Assembly (NCBI GenBank): GCA_963731065.1
Contig: CAVSUH010000002.1
Location: forward strand, 36,503-100,502
From: an uncultured Acidimicrobiaceae bacterium
GTDB lineage: Bacteria; Actinomycetota; Acidimicrobiia; Acidimicrobiales; RAAP-2
DNA length: 64,000 nt
Direction of reading: 5' to 3'
Every line of letters begins with the position of its first letter. Within the stretch, counting starts at the first letter, position 1. Made by a program: the position numbers and the translations under genes. Below, in pieces: positions 37,518 through 47,654 of the stretch. The notes under the pieces are model-generated. The model was not told where the DNA came from and searched no databases. It saw only the letters and a program-made list of their open reading frames with translations.

Positions 37518-38330
37518 TCATCCCAGGTCAGCGGCGGATCCTGGACGACGGCGGACGCCGCCGACTCGATTTGGCTTACGTGACGGGCAAGCGGTCAGCG
37601 GTTCGAGTCCTCTAGGGCCCACCACATCGTCGTATTCGAACTTCGGCATAGAGAAGAGGAGATCGAACGGCTCCTTGTAGCCTGCCTCGACCACGTGTGC
37701 GTTGCGCACGCGAGCCTGGTCGAGCACGGCCGTATTGAACAGCTTCCGGTTGCGGTCCCCGGCTCGCCGGTAGGCCCTAGCACAGCTGGTCGAGAACCGG
37801 ACGGCGAGGTTCATGACTTCCTGCCGGTCGTCGAGGCTCGACTCGATGACGGCCTGGCGGGACTCGACGGCGCGTAGCTCGGTGCCGATGCGCTCTTGTT
37901 CTCGCCGCAGCATGGTGACGTCGATGGCGTTGGCGTAATAGGTATCCATCAGCTTGAAGTGTTCGCCTTCGAGGCGCTCGCGTTGGTTGGCGAGCAGCTC
38001 TCGTTCGGCGGTGGTGTCATCGTGGTGGGTGGCAACTTCGGAAGCGATGGCTTGACGGAGGCCGTCGGCCTGGTGCGCGGGCACCTCGATGCGTCCGTAG
38101 AGGTCCTCGACCTCGGCTTCGAGTTGGTCGGCTGCCACGTAGCGCTCCTGGCAGCCGGTGACCTTGCGGCGGTCCTTCTGACTGAGGCAGTAGAAGTAGG
38201 TGTAGGTGCCCTTCGAGTGCTGGATCGACAGGCTCCTCCCGCACACCTACGCCAGGACGTTGCCGGCGATATGCAGAGGAACGACCTCGTGGTGGCCACC
38301 GAACACGGGCTCTACTGAATTGACACGACC
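37518..38330 (-). mobile_element. Large serine recombinase remnant (zinc-ribbon and coiled-coil C-terminal part only; catalytic domain missing; in-frame TAG)
   Basis: ...HIAGNVLA*VCGRSLSIQHSKGTYTYFYCLSQKDRRKVTGCQERYVAADQLEAEVEDLY... is the recombinase zinc-ribbon/coiled-coil region. There is no resolvase catalytic domain upstream, where the sequence ends in a C11 (plus-strand G11) tract. The 3' end of the ORF reads through a tRNA-like fragment (GPRGLEPLT). Confidence 0.65.
37564..37624 (+). other. tRNA-like 3' fragment (Val-GAC-like anticodon arm, T-arm GGTTCGAGTCC, acceptor 3' strand plus CCA) lacking a matching 5' half
   Basis: cttac-gtGACgg-gcaag anticodon arm (one mismatch), cggtc variable loop, agcgg-TTCGAGT-cctct T-arm (one mismatch), agggccc-a-cca. 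The upstream sequence cannot pair with the acceptor strand and the D-arm is incomplete. Confidence 0.5.
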
Positions 38331-38333
38331 CTC

Positions 38334-38344
38334 GGGGGGGGGGG
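38334..38344. repeat. G11 homopolymer
   Basis: ctcGGGGGGGGGGGc read directly from the sequence, at the upstream boundary of the recombinase remnant. Confidence 0.95.
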
Positions 38345-38656
38345 CTTATGGCGGGAGCCTGGCCTCTCCGCGTCGAGGCGCCTGCCGTGGAGTCGCAGTA
38401 TTGGAATGGAGAGACGGTTGTCACGAGCGGGCAGCTCGTACACAGCGGCGATCCAACCCAGTACTGGAGTGAGGGGGAGCAGGTGCGAACGGAAGTAGAG
38501 CAGCTGATCCAGCAAGTGTGGGGCCCGCGCTCAGAGGCCTGAGTGCCTGGCCGCGGAAGCCTCCGAATCCCACGCTCCGAGAGTCTGGGACACCGGAGGG
38601 TGTGGTTGGAAAGTATGAGTGGTGCGGGACCGACAGTGTACGGGCGAGAGTGTGTG

Positions 38657-38743
<87 letters not shown>

Positions 38744-38821
38744 GGTCGCGCAGTGCGAGTGACCTGCAAGTGTATGCCCGCGGGTCTTGGTGCGCCCTCA
38801 ATGTCTACTAGTGTCAGGGGC

Positions 38822-39439
38822 ATGGCAAATGCAGTAGAAACCCCCCGGATCACGGCAGCCGGGACGAACCTCGACCCCTCCAGCCAGGTGTTTCAGCAAC
38901 TCCTCAAGGAGCGCATTGTCTTCGTAGGGAGCGCCATCGACCAGGGTACCGCCAACCAGGTCTGCGCCCAGCTCATTCTCCTCGAGGCGGAGGATCCCGA
39001 GAAGGACATCTCGCTCTACATCAACTCGCCGGGCGGCTCGGTGACCGATGGCCTGGCCATCTACGACACCATGCAGTACGTCCGTCCGGACGTCTCGACC
39101 ATCTGTGTCGGGCTGGCTGCGAGCATGGGTCAATTCCTGCTCTGTGCCGGTGCGCCGGGCAAGCGGTTCGCCCTGCCCCACTCGCGCATCCTCATGCACC
39201 AGCCGTCGGGGTCGATGCAGGGCCAGGCCGCTGACATCGCGATCCAAGCCGAGCAGATCATCTACCTCAAGCGGATGATGGCCGAGCGCATCGCGTTCCA
39301 CACCGGGCAGCCACTCGAGCGGATCGAGGCAGACTCGGACCGTGACCGCTGGTTCACGGCTGATGAGGCCTGCGAGTACGGCTTCATCGACAAGGTGATC
39401 GATCGGTCGCCGGCGACGACGGCGGCGGGGACCCCATAG
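38822..39439 (+). CDS. clpP: ATP-dependent Clp protease proteolytic subunit
   Basis: [27 protein letters not shown], catalytic Ser in GLAASMG, and [12 protein letters not shown] 38822. Confidence 0.9.
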   Translation: MANAVETPRITAAGTNLDPSSQVFQQLLKERIVFVGSAIDQGTANQVCAQLILLEAEDPEKDISLYINSPGGSVTDGLAIYDTMQYVRPDVSTICVGLAASMGQFLLCAGAPGKRFALPHSRILMHQPSGSMQGQAADIAIQAEQIIYLKRMMAERIAFHTGQPLERIEADSDRDRWFTADEACEYGFIDKVIDRSPATTAAGTP

Positions 39440-39441
39440 GC

Positions 39442-40467
39442 GTGGCATTGGATCATCCGGCCTCTGCGTCAGACGCTGGCGGCGCCGTCGACGAGGTCCT
39501 CGAGAGAGTCCCGGACATGTCGCCCATGGCTTCTGTGGCAATTGACCCGGCCGTCCGTGATCGGGCGAGCCGGTCGGTCACCCGCGTCGTCACGCCGACG
39601 ATCAGCGTGCGCAAGCGACTCCGCGAGCTGTGGCTGTCGCGGGAGCTGCTGATCTATCTGGTCAGGACCGAGATCAAGGTCAAGTACAAGAACTCGGTCC
39701 TCGGGCTGGTGTGGTCCATGGTCGCGCCCGCGATGACGCTGGTCATCTACTTCGTCGTCTTCCAGATAGTCCTCGGCAACCACCAGCCCAACTTCGTGAT
39801 CTTCCTTTTCGCCGGCCTCCTCTTGTGGAACCTGTTCTCGTTGGGAGTGTTGACAGGGACCGGCGTGGTCGTCAACAACGCCGGCATCGTCAAGAAGGTC
39901 TCCTTCCCCCGGGAGATCCTGGCGCTTGCGGCTGTCGGTTCGGCCTGTGTCTTCTTCTTCTTCCAGTCCATCGTGATGGTCATCTTCATGGTCGCTCTCC
40001 GCCAGAGCCCGGACTGGTCGTACCTCCCCGTCCTGCTCCTGGCCTTGGTCACCGGCGTCGTTCTCGCAGGGGCGATCGCCGTGCTGTTGTCGTGCATCAA
40101 CGTCTACCTGCGGGACACCCAGCACCTGATTGAGGTCATCCTCACCGCGTGGTTCTGGGCCTGTCCGATCGTCTACGCCTATCAGTCGAACATCGGGGAA
40201 AAGTTGGGCCCCAAGGGTCTGACATGGGTCTACTTCCTCAATCCGATGGTTCCGCTCGTGCTGTCCTTCCAGCGCTGCATTTATGCGCATCCGACTACGT
40301 ACGCAGTGGTCAACGGTGTGAAGATGACGTACAACGTGCTGCCGACGAAGGGCATGGGATGGTACGTGACCCTCGATCTGGCCGTGCTGGTCCTCGCCCT
40401 CTGTCTGTTCCTCGTTGCCCTCGCCACCTTCGGCCGACTCGAGGGTAACTTCGCCGAGGAGCTCTGA
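39442..40467 (+). CDS. wzm: ABC-2 type polysaccharide/teichoic-acid export permease (Wzm/TagG-like)
   Basis: LWLSRELLIYLVRTEIKVKYKNSVLGLVWSMVAP signature followed by six TM segments. Start uncertain (GTG 39442, or Met at 39517/39526). Confidence 0.8.
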   Translation: MALDHPASASDAGGAVDEVLERVPDMSPMASVAIDPAVRDRASRSVTRVVTPTISVRKRLRELWLSRELLIYLVRTEIKVKYKNSVLGLVWSMVAPAMTLVIYFVVFQIVLGNHQPNFVIFLFAGLLLWNLFSLGVLTGTGVVVNNAGIVKKVSFPREILALAAVGSACVFFFFQSIVMVIFMVALRQSPDWSYLPVLLLALVTGVVLAGAIAVLLSCINVYLRDTQHLIEVILTAWFWACPIVYAYQSNIGEKLGPKGLTWVYFLNPMVPLVLSFQRCIYAHPTTYAVVNGVKMTYNVLPTKGMGWYVTLDLAVLVLALCLFLVALATFGRLEGNFAEEL

Positions 40468-40468
40468 C

Positions 40469-41746
40469 GTGGGCCCGTTCGCCATTGACGTGCGGGACGT
40501 GTCGAAGCGCTTCCGTCTCTCGCACGGCGAGTACAAGACCGTGAAGGAGCGCGCCATCCACGGTGGTCGGCGCAAGTCCACCGAGGATTTCTGGGCGTTG
40601 AGCGGGGTTTCCCTCAACGTCAGCCAGGGAGAGACGGTAGGGATCCTCGGCCGCAACGGCTCGGGCAAGTCGACACTGCTCAAGTGCATCTGCGGCATTC
40701 TGCAGCCGAGCTCCGGTGAGGTTGTCGTCCGGGGCAAGCTCGCCGGACTGTTGGAGCTCGGTGCGGGCTTCCATCCCGACCTGACCGGCCGGGAGAACGT
40801 CTACCTGAATGGCTCGCTTCTCGGGATGTCCAAGCGTGAGGTCGACAAGGTGTTCGACGAGATCGTGGAGTTCTCCGAGCTCGAGGAGTTCATCGACGGT
40901 CCCGTTAAGTTCTACTCCTCCGGCATGTACGTCCGACTCGGTTTCGCCGTCGCCGTGAACGTCGACCCCGACATCCTCGTGGTCGACGAGGTGTTGGCGG
41001 TCGGGGACGAGCGATTTCAGCGCAAGTGCATCGGCCGGGTCGCTCAACTCCAGAAAGAGGGACGCACCATCCTGCTCGTGACCCACGCGCCTGATCTCGT
41101 GCGCAGTGTCTGCAACCGTGCGGTCGTGCTCAGCCACGGTCGACTGGTCGGCGAGGGCGAGCCCGGCGAGGCGACCCGCATCTTTCGCGAGGGACTCATG
41201 GAGGAAAGCGCGGGACTCGCTATCCCCGACTCCAAATTTGTCGCCGTGCCTGCGACGCCGGTGGACGGCGCTGCAGCATTGCCCGTCGACGACCGACCGC
41301 TCCGCATTCGCTCCGTCCACAATGTCCTTTCTGGTGACAACAGCGTTCCTTACATGACCACCGGCGACGGCCTCACCATCGAGGTGACGTTCGAGGCGCT
41401 GCGCCCCGTCAAGGATGTCGTGTTCTCGCTCGAGGTGCGGAGCGAGGAGGGCCGCCAGGTCGTGCGGACCGACACCTCGATCATCGGGGTGGTCATCGAC
41501 GCGCCGCGAGGGATCGGCGTGATGCACTTCGGGATCCCCTATGTGCCTCTCCTCGATGGCTCGTTCACGTTCTCGCTGGGAATCCAGAGCCGTAGTGGCA
41601 TCCTGTACGACTGGCAGGAGCAGGCCGGGTCGTTCGAGGTGATGAACCCCGGCAAGACGACGGGCTCGGTCTTCATGACGGTGCATGCCGCGCTCATCTC
41701 GTCGGAGAGCGACGTCGGCAGCACTCCGGTCTCACAGTCGATCTGA
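40469..41746 (+). CDS. wzt: ABC transporter ATP-binding protein (Wzt/TagH-like) with C-terminal Wzt_C-type beta-sandwich domain
   Basis: Walker A GRNGSGKST, signature YSSGMYVRLGF, Walker B ILVVDEVLAVGD. An extra ~170 aa (LRIRSVHNV...GLTIEVTFEAL..VVFSLEVRSEEG...FTFSLGIQS...FEVMN) resembles the glycan-terminus-binding domain of Wzt proteins. Confidence 0.8.
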   Translation: MGPFAIDVRDVSKRFRLSHGEYKTVKERAIHGGRRKSTEDFWALSGVSLNVSQGETVGILGRNGSGKSTLLKCICGILQPSSGEVVVRGKLAGLLELGAGFHPDLTGRENVYLNGSLLGMSKREVDKVFDEIVEFSELEEFIDGPVKFYSSGMYVRLGFAVAVNVDPDILVVDEVLAVGDERFQRKCIGRVAQLQKEGRTILLVTHAPDLVRSVCNRAVVLSHGRLVGEGEPGEATRIFREGLMEESAGLAIPDSKFVAVPATPVDGAAALPVDDRPLRIRSVHNVLSGDNSVPYMTTGDGLTIEVTFEALRPVKDVVFSLEVRSEEGRQVVRTDTSIIGVVIDAPRGIGVMHFGIPYVPLLDGSFTFSLGIQSRSGILYDWQEQAGSFEVMNPGKTTGSVFMTVHAALISSESDVGSTPVSQSI

Positions 41747-41759
41747 GCTGGAGCACTCT

Positions 41760-42782
41760 GTGAGCGAAGCCGAATCTAGACTGCCTGCCGATCCGCAGGC
41801 ATACGTGGCGCAAGTCATGGACGAGATCGCGGAGGAGGTCAGGCTTCGACGCGCCTCGGGCGCAATGCCGGCCAGACTCGAGCGCGAGCTCGACGAACTC
41901 TTCTTGGCCCATTCGCCCGTGGCTGGGCGGGGAGGCGACCTGGCCCAGACGTTGCGGATGGTGGACGCGGCCACCTTCATCGATCCGGTCGTGCCGGTGG
42001 AGTCCGAGCGGGCTGCCGGTTCGTTGGTGAAGAAGGGCGTCCGCTCCATGATGCTCTGGTACGTCGGATGGGTGACGCACCAGATGAGCCAGTCAGTTGC
42101 CGCTGTGAGCCGTGCCCTGCACGTCGTCGACGAGCGACTCGGCGATCTCCAGCGGCAGGTTGACGCCCAGAGCGTCCCGCTGGCGGAAGTGGTGGAGCTC
42201 GCTGGGCAGCACGATGCGGAGGCGTGGTGGGTGGAGCCAGCGGTGGCCGTCGCCGTCAACGCGCCAGGGAGGGTGCTGCACGCCGCCTGTGGCGACGGGT
42301 GGCTGGTGCGGCGGATCGAGAAGGCAGGGGGTGACGCATACGGCGTGGACCCGCGGTCGCACCTCGCCGAGGTCGGTGCAATCGGCGCACTGGACCTGCG
42401 ATACGAGAGCCTGGCCGACCACCTTCGTGCCGTCGCCCATGCCGGCTTGGGCGCGGTCGTGCTCAGTGGGATCGTCGACGGGATGGCAGCGGGTGAGCGC
42501 ACGCGACTCCTCGCCGCGTTCGCCTCTCGCCTTGCCCCGGGCGGCACCCTCGTCATCCATTCGGCCGCCCGACAGGTCTGGGAGGCTGCCGACGCGCCGC
42601 CCGAAGCAGATCTGGCGCCCGGACGTCCTCTCCATCCCAGGTCGTGGCATCGGCTGCTCGAACAGCACGGGTACGTAACGGTCGATGTCAAAGAGGGTGA
42701 TGGGGCCGCCGACTACCTCGTGACGGCCGTTCGTGACACGCTTGGCGCGCCGGGAGCAGCAGGCACACCGACTGATCCATGA
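41760..42782 (+). CDS. Helical/coiled-coil N-domain fused to a class I SAM-dependent methyltransferase domain
   Basis: GTG 41760, 14 nt after the wzt stop. The N-terminal ~170 aa is helical (EIAEEVRLRR...RELDELF...VVDERLGDLQRQVD). Motif I VLHAACGDGWLV, motif II-like GAVVLSGIVDGM. Confidence 0.7.
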   Translation: MSEAESRLPADPQAYVAQVMDEIAEEVRLRRASGAMPARLERELDELFLAHSPVAGRGGDLAQTLRMVDAATFIDPVVPVESERAAGSLVKKGVRSMMLWYVGWVTHQMSQSVAAVSRALHVVDERLGDLQRQVDAQSVPLAEVVELAGQHDAEAWWVEPAVAVAVNAPGRVLHAACGDGWLVRRIEKAGGDAYGVDPRSHLAEVGAIGALDLRYESLADHLRAVAHAGLGAVVLSGIVDGMAAGERTRLLAAFASRLAPGGTLVIHSAARQVWEAADAPPEADLAPGRPLHPRSWHRLLEQHGYVTVDVKEGDGAADYLVTAVRDTLGAPGAAGTPTDP

Positions 42783-43881
42783 CCGTGACGGTTGGGAAAC
42801 GCGTGGCCGTCCACCAGTTCATCGCCATCCTCGAGCACGATGATGTTGGCACCCATACCTTGCGGCTGCGAGACGCGCTCCGGAGGGCAGGTCGTCGTTC
42901 GGAGATCTTCGCTGAGACCATCCACGACGACCTTGCCGGCGAAGCTTTTGCGCACTGGACGTCCCCGGAACACTCGACGTCCGGCGACGTGGCCGTCTAC
43001 CAGGTCACGACGCCCTCAGTGCTGGCCGGTACCTCGCCGAGCGCGGTCTTCCGCTCGTCCTTGACCTCCACATCGACACCGGACCCGAGGACAATGCCGG
43101 CTGGGAGTCCGACTCGGTGGAGCGGGCCACCCGGCCCGCCGAAGAGCTGGCGGAGTTGGCGCCGCAGGCCCTCTTCGGCCTGGCCAGAGGTGAGTCTGGG
43201 ACGCGCGCGCTGCAACGGGCCGATTGCTGGCGCACTGTGGTCGTCCCAGTGCTGACCGAGGTGGTGCGGGTCGCTTCCACTCCCGACCCGCGGGTGGCCG
43301 CCGAATTGGCACGTGCGCACGCCGAGGGCGGCGCCGACATCTTGTTTGTCGGGTCCGTCGAGCCCTCGAATGCGCAGCACGAGCTGGTCAAGGCGCTCTG
43401 GGCCTTCCGCCGGCTCTACGACGGGCGCGCCCGCTTGCACCTGGTCGGCCGTACCTCCAGCTACGAGTACTCCCGGACGCTGCTGGGGTTCGTGCAGGAC
43501 CTGGGGCTTGCGAAGGCGGTCCGGATGCACGGTGAGGTTTCGGACGCCTCGCTCGCCGCCCTCTACGCCGCCGCCGACGTCTACCTCGCGCTGTCCGCGT
43601 ACCAAGGTGCGACCGTGCCACTCATCGAGGCGATGACGGCCGGCGTCCCGGTGGTGCTGCGGGACACAGAAGAAGCCCGCGATCCCACGGACGGTGCCGC
43701 GCTCGTGCTGGCCTCGGCCGATCCGTCCTACGTCGCCGCCGCGCTCCAGCGCGTCGGCACCGACGAGCGTCTGCGCGCCGCCCTCACCGCGGCGGGGCGC
43801 CGCCGGGCGGCCGAGCTTTCGGGAAACGCCGCGGCTGGTCGGATCGTTGAGACCATCTCCGGAGCGGTTGGTCGGAAGTGA
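42779..43881 (+). pseudogene. GT-B fold glycosyltransferase (GT4-like), -1 frame break near 43030
   Basis: ATGA overlap with the upstream stop. The N-half VAVHQFIAILEHDDVGTHTLRLRDAL...VYQVTTPSVLAG joins YLAERGLPLVLDLH...ILFVGSVEPSNAQHELV...PLIEAMTAGVPVV in the 43117 frame. Paralog of the 57055-58142 gene. Confidence 0.7.
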
Positions 43882-45083
43882 GCGGGAAGGTCGTCTTTGT
43901 GACGCCCCGTTACGGGACGCAGGTGGTCGGCGGTGCGGAGACGGCGGCACGCCATCTGGCCGAGCACCTGCGCCGTCACACGACCTGGGAGACCGAGGTG
44001 CACACGACGTGCGCCATGAACCCGCACACGTGGGAAAACGAGCTCGAACCCGGTACGACCGAGGTGAACGGGGTGCCCGTGCACCGGCACCGCTCCCTCC
44101 ACGGCCGGCTTCCCGATTTCTACGGCCTCGACGGGCTCGTGCACCTGAGACCGCACCACGCCACCCTCGAAGAGGGGCGCCGGTGGGTGGAGTACAACGG
44201 CCCCGTCTCGCCCGAGCTCATCGACGCCGTGTGCGCATCGGATGCCGACGTGGTGGCCTTCTATCCGTACCTCTACCACCCGACGGTTGCCGCAATCGGT
44301 AAGGTGAGCGCACCCACCGTGTTGCACCCAGCGGCGCATGACGAGCCGGCGCTGTACCTGCCGGTTTTCCGCGGTACGTTCGGAAACGCGGACGGTATCT
44401 GTTATCACACGGTGTCGGAACGCAAACTGGTCGAGCAGGTGTACCCCGTGGCTGAGCGACGCCAGATCGTGCTCGGGCTGGGCATCGGGGAGTCCGTAGG
44501 CACCGGCCGTCCCGGTAGTGAGTTGACGGGGCTGGGGGACAGGCCGTACATCGTCAGCGTCGGCCGGGTGGACGAACACAAAGGTTCGAAGATGCTGGCG
44601 GAGTTCTTCGCCACCTTCAAGGATCGCCACCCGGGACCGCTCGCTCTGGTCTTCGTAGGTCCGGTCTCGGTGGAGCTGACCCCGCACCCCGACATCGTGG
44701 TTATGGGTGCCGTCGACGAGGCCGACAAGTGGGACATCGCGCGCGACGCCCTGGTGGCTGTGTCGCCTTCGGCGCTCGAGTCATTCTCGCTGGTGGTCCT
44801 CGAAGCATGGATCGACGGCCTTCCCGTCCTGGTCAACGGCGCGTGCGCGCCGACCCGAGAGCATTGCGAGCGCTCCGGGGGCGGGCTGTGGTTCACCTCC
44901 TACCCGGAGTTCGATGCGACTCTCAACCGCTTGGTCGCCGACGGTGCGCTGCGGGCCGAGTTCGGGTCACGTGGGAGACGGTATGTGCAGTCCCACTTCC
45001 AATGGCCTGGGCTTATCGCGCGCTACGACGAGTTCCTCGTCTCAGTGGCGGAGCACGGCCCCGGCACACCGAGCCTGTTCTGA
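43878..45083 (+). CDS. Glycosyltransferase family 4 (GT-B)
   Basis: GTGA overlap. VVFVTPRYGTQVVGGAE N-terminus and ESFSLVVLEAWIDGLPVLVNG EX7E-type motif. Confidence 0.85.
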   Translation: MSGKVVFVTPRYGTQVVGGAETAARHLAEHLRRHTTWETEVHTTCAMNPHTWENELEPGTTEVNGVPVHRHRSLHGRLPDFYGLDGLVHLRPHHATLEEGRRWVEYNGPVSPELIDAVCASDADVVAFYPYLYHPTVAAIGKVSAPTVLHPAAHDEPALYLPVFRGTFGNADGICYHTVSERKLVEQVYPVAERRQIVLGLGIGESVGTGRPGSELTGLGDRPYIVSVGRVDEHKGSKMLAEFFATFKDRHPGPLALVFVGPVSVELTPHPDIVVMGAVDEADKWDIARDALVAVSPSALESFSLVVLEAWIDGLPVLVNGACAPTREHCERSGGGLWFTSYPEFDATLNRLVADGALRAEFGSRGRRYVQSHFQWPGLIARYDEFLVSVAEHGPGTPSLF

Positions 45084-45137
45084 CCGGTGGTCCGGGACCT
45101 CGGACGCGCCACGACAACCGTGCCGACATGTCGGAAA

Positions 45138-46103
45138 TCAGATGGGTACGGCAACGATGTCGACGTGGGCATCGCCCTCCAACCCAGCCAGGATCTCCTC
45201 ATTGCTAGCAGCGCCTTCACGGCCAATCACCGAGATGGAGTATCCGAGATCCCGTAAGGCATTGAGGTAGCTCTCGGGTTCCACGCCTCCGGTCGACAAT
45301 AGAGCCAGCGGGAAGAACTCTGAGACAATCACCGGATGGTCCCGCTCGATCAGCTCTGTCGCTCCCTGGAGTGTGGCCAGCTCGAATCCCTCGACGTCGA
45401 TCTTGACGACATCGACCGTCGGGTCACCGGCACGCTCCAAGATTCCGTCGAGGCGCCCTAAGGGCACGACGAAGGAGCACCCGACGGGTTCCTCGATGCT
45501 GGCGTCGAGTGAGATGATGCGGCCGTTGCTCCCATCTGTCTCCAGTGCCCCGAAGCCGTCGCGGTCGCTCGTCGCCATGGTTCTCACGGTGATGTTGGAG
45601 AAACCGTTCTCCTCGGCGCTGCGCCGCAGGAGCCGGGTGTTGAGAGGGTTCGGCTCTATGGCGATCACCCGACCCGTCGTCCCGACGACGGACGCGGCCA
45701 GGAGGCTGTGCCAGCCGTAGTTGGCACCCACATCGACGAAGACGGACCCGGGACGCAACAGGCCGTCGAGTGTGTCGCTGACATCTTGTTCGAAGGCGCC
45801 GGTCGCAGCCATTGCGTGGCCGATGGCGCGGTCAGCGGCGAAGACGTGCACGCGGAAGCGCCCGGCGTCGACGGTGACCGTCGCCGGTTCATTACCCGCA
45901 GCCTGGCGGGTGCTCGCATACTCGGGCGAGCCGACCATTTCTGCCACCACATCGAGGATCGACAGGTGTTGGGAGTCGAGCCGCTGGCGGTAATGGGCCA
46001 GGCCTTCCGTATCCGGCGGCCTGTTGAGCAACAATTTGTAGCACGCCTCGACGTCCTCGATCGTCGCGGAAGTCGTTCGTGTTACGGAGTGACGGGCGAG
46101 CAT
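45138..46103 (-). CDS. FkbM family methyltransferase with N-terminal DUF4214-like segment
   Basis: VFVDVGANYGWHSL, VIAIEPNP and KIDVEGFE FkbM motifs, preceded by CYKLLLNRPPDTEGLAHYRQRL. The upstream part of the 592-aa ORF is antisense read-through of the next gene. Confidence 0.8.
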   Translation of the reverse strand: MLARHSVTRTTSATIEDVEACYKLLLNRPPDTEGLAHYRQRLDSQHLSILDVVAEMVGSPEYASTRQAAGNEPATVTVDAGRFRVHVFAADRAIGHAMAATGAFEQDVSDTLDGLLRPGSVFVDVGANYGWHSLLAASVVGTTGRVIAIEPNPLNTRLLRRSAEENGFSNITVRTMATSDRDGFGALETDGSNGRIISLDASIEEPVGCSFVVPLGRLDGILERAGDPTVDVVKIDVEGFELATLQGATELIERDHPVIVSEFFPLALLSTGGVEPESYLNALRDLGYSISVIGREGAASNEEILAGLEGDAHVDIVAVPI

Positions 46104-46141
46104 GGGCCAACAGTAACAACCCGATGCATGTGGACAGACGC

Positions 46142-47566
46142 TCAGATCCGGCGTCGCACCGCGCGGAGCGACCGGCTCGTCACCGCGCGGACGCCTTCGG
46201 TCCGATAGGTGACCCAGGCCCGGTGAATCAGGTCGGCCAGCGGGCGGACCCCGCCCGGAGATCCGACCTGATGGACGCTGTGATCGCCCCCTGTTCGACG
46301 GGTGGGCCCGGACTGCGACGCGGGATCGGCCTGGCTGTCGGGCGCACGCTTGGGTGTCGCGCAGAACCGGATGAGTGGTTCGAGCACCGCCGACCAGGCG
46401 AACCGTGGGGCCACGATGGCGGCCCTCTGGCGGCACTGTTCTCGCCTGTGACTGTCTGCGAGCAGTTCGACGACAGCGTCCGCGACCGCGTCGACATCCT
46501 CGGCCAGCACGATCGTGCCGAGGCCTTCTCGATCGATCAACTCGGCGAAGGAGTCCCCGTCGGTGGCGACGATCGGCAGGCCGGCCCAGATGCAATCGAG
46601 GATCCGGGTGCGGAAGGAATAGGCCGTCTCGACATGGTCCTGGTGCAGGCTTAGGCCGATGTCCGCCTCCAGGAGATAGTCGGCTCGCCTGGCGTAGGGA
46701 ACCCACCCGTCGTTGAAGAAGACGTGCGTACCCGTGAGCCCGAGTTCTGCCGCGGTGGCTCGGGCAGCCACTAAGGCCCTCGACTCCTGCGAGAAAGGAC
46801 TCGGGTGCTTCACTCCGAGAAAGAAGAGCCGGACGTTCGGCCGGTGTTTCCGGACGCGGTCGATGGCTCGAATCGCCGTGACGGGATCGAGCCAGTCGTA
46901 GACACCGCCACCCCACAGCACGATCTCGTCGTCGCTCCCGATGCCATTCACCACGCCTCGCAGGGCGGGGGCAGCATGGTGCGGTGGGTCATCGGGCAAC
47001 CCAAAGGTGACGACGTCGAGGAGTGTCCGCAGCGAGGGATCGCGCTCGTAGTTGGCGGGATTGACCCGGCCGGACGCGGCGAGGAACCCCATCCAGAGGT
47101 CCCGCTGCTTCTCACTGGCACACAAGAAGAAGTCGCCTCTCACCGCCTGCACCTCGAACACCCGGACCGCGTCGGTGATCTGACGGATCCGATCCGGTTC
47201 CGGCAGGGACCGATTGAGCTCGAGGTCCTCCAAGAAGATGGGGTCGTAGAGATCGACGATCATGACTTTGTTCGTCTCTCTCACGGCCGGGACGCGCTCG
47301 AGTACGTAGCCCTGCACCAGGACCACGTCGCACCATTCCTCGAGTTCGACGAAGCGTGCGGGGTCGGCGGCCTCGGTCTTGAATAGCTCGGAGTGCGACT
47401 GACAAACTGGCGAAGTCGTCGCCAGGATGACCTCATGGTCTTCGGACAGCGACCCGGCGATCTCCCACGCCCGGATGGCCGGTCCTGCCATCCGCTCGGT
47501 GAGCACGTCGTCGGTGATGATGAGAATATGCTTCGGATCGGCGGGGGTCATCAGGCTATGGTCCAT
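46142..47566 (-). CDS. Glycosyltransferase (GT-B fold), paralog of 47655-48940
   Basis: ILIITDDVLTERMAGPAIRAWEIA, GDFFLCASEKQRDLWMGFLAASGRVNP, VLWGGGVYDWLDP, GVKHPSP, VFFNDGWVPYARRADYLLEADIG. Start at MDHSLM (47566). Confidence 0.8.
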   Translation of the reverse strand: MDHSLMTPADPKHILIITDDVLTERMAGPAIRAWEIAGSLSEDHEVILATTSPVCQSHSELFKTEAADPARFVELEEWCDVVLVQGYVLERVPAVRETNKVMIVDLYDPIFLEDLELNRSLPEPDRIRQITDAVRVFEVQAVRGDFFLCASEKQRDLWMGFLAASGRVNPANYERDPSLRTLLDVVTFGLPDDPPHHAAPALRGVVNGIGSDDEIVLWGGGVYDWLDPVTAIRAIDRVRKHRPNVRLFFLGVKHPSPFSQESRALVAARATAAELGLTGTHVFFNDGWVPYARRADYLLEADIGLSLHQDHVETAYSFRTRILDCIWAGLPIVATDGDSFAELIDREGLGTIVLAEDVDAVADAVVELLADSHRREQCRQRAAIVAPRFAWSAVLEPLIRFCATPKRAPDSQADPASQSGPTRRTGGDHSVHQVGSPGGVRPLADLIHRAWVTYRTEGVRAVTSRSLRAVRRRI

Positions 47567-47654
47567 GCATGTTGTCGAAGGCGTGCTCGGTGGCCGTACG
47601 GCGGCAAGTGCCGGCAGGGACACGGGAGGGTCAGCGTAGCGTGAAGGGTCGCTC

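Noticed and set aside
38348-38542. 64-aa plus-strand ORF (WPLRVEAPAVESQYWNGETV...) beside the G11 tract
   Set aside because: No SD and no recognisable family. It lies in the degraded mobile-element scar and could equally be antisense to lost recombinase sequence.
45138-46916. 592-aa ORF as a single large methyltransferase
   Set aside because: The N-terminal 270 aa are antisense or out-of-frame sequence over the 46142-47566 glycosyltransferase. The FkbM protein starts at Met 46103.
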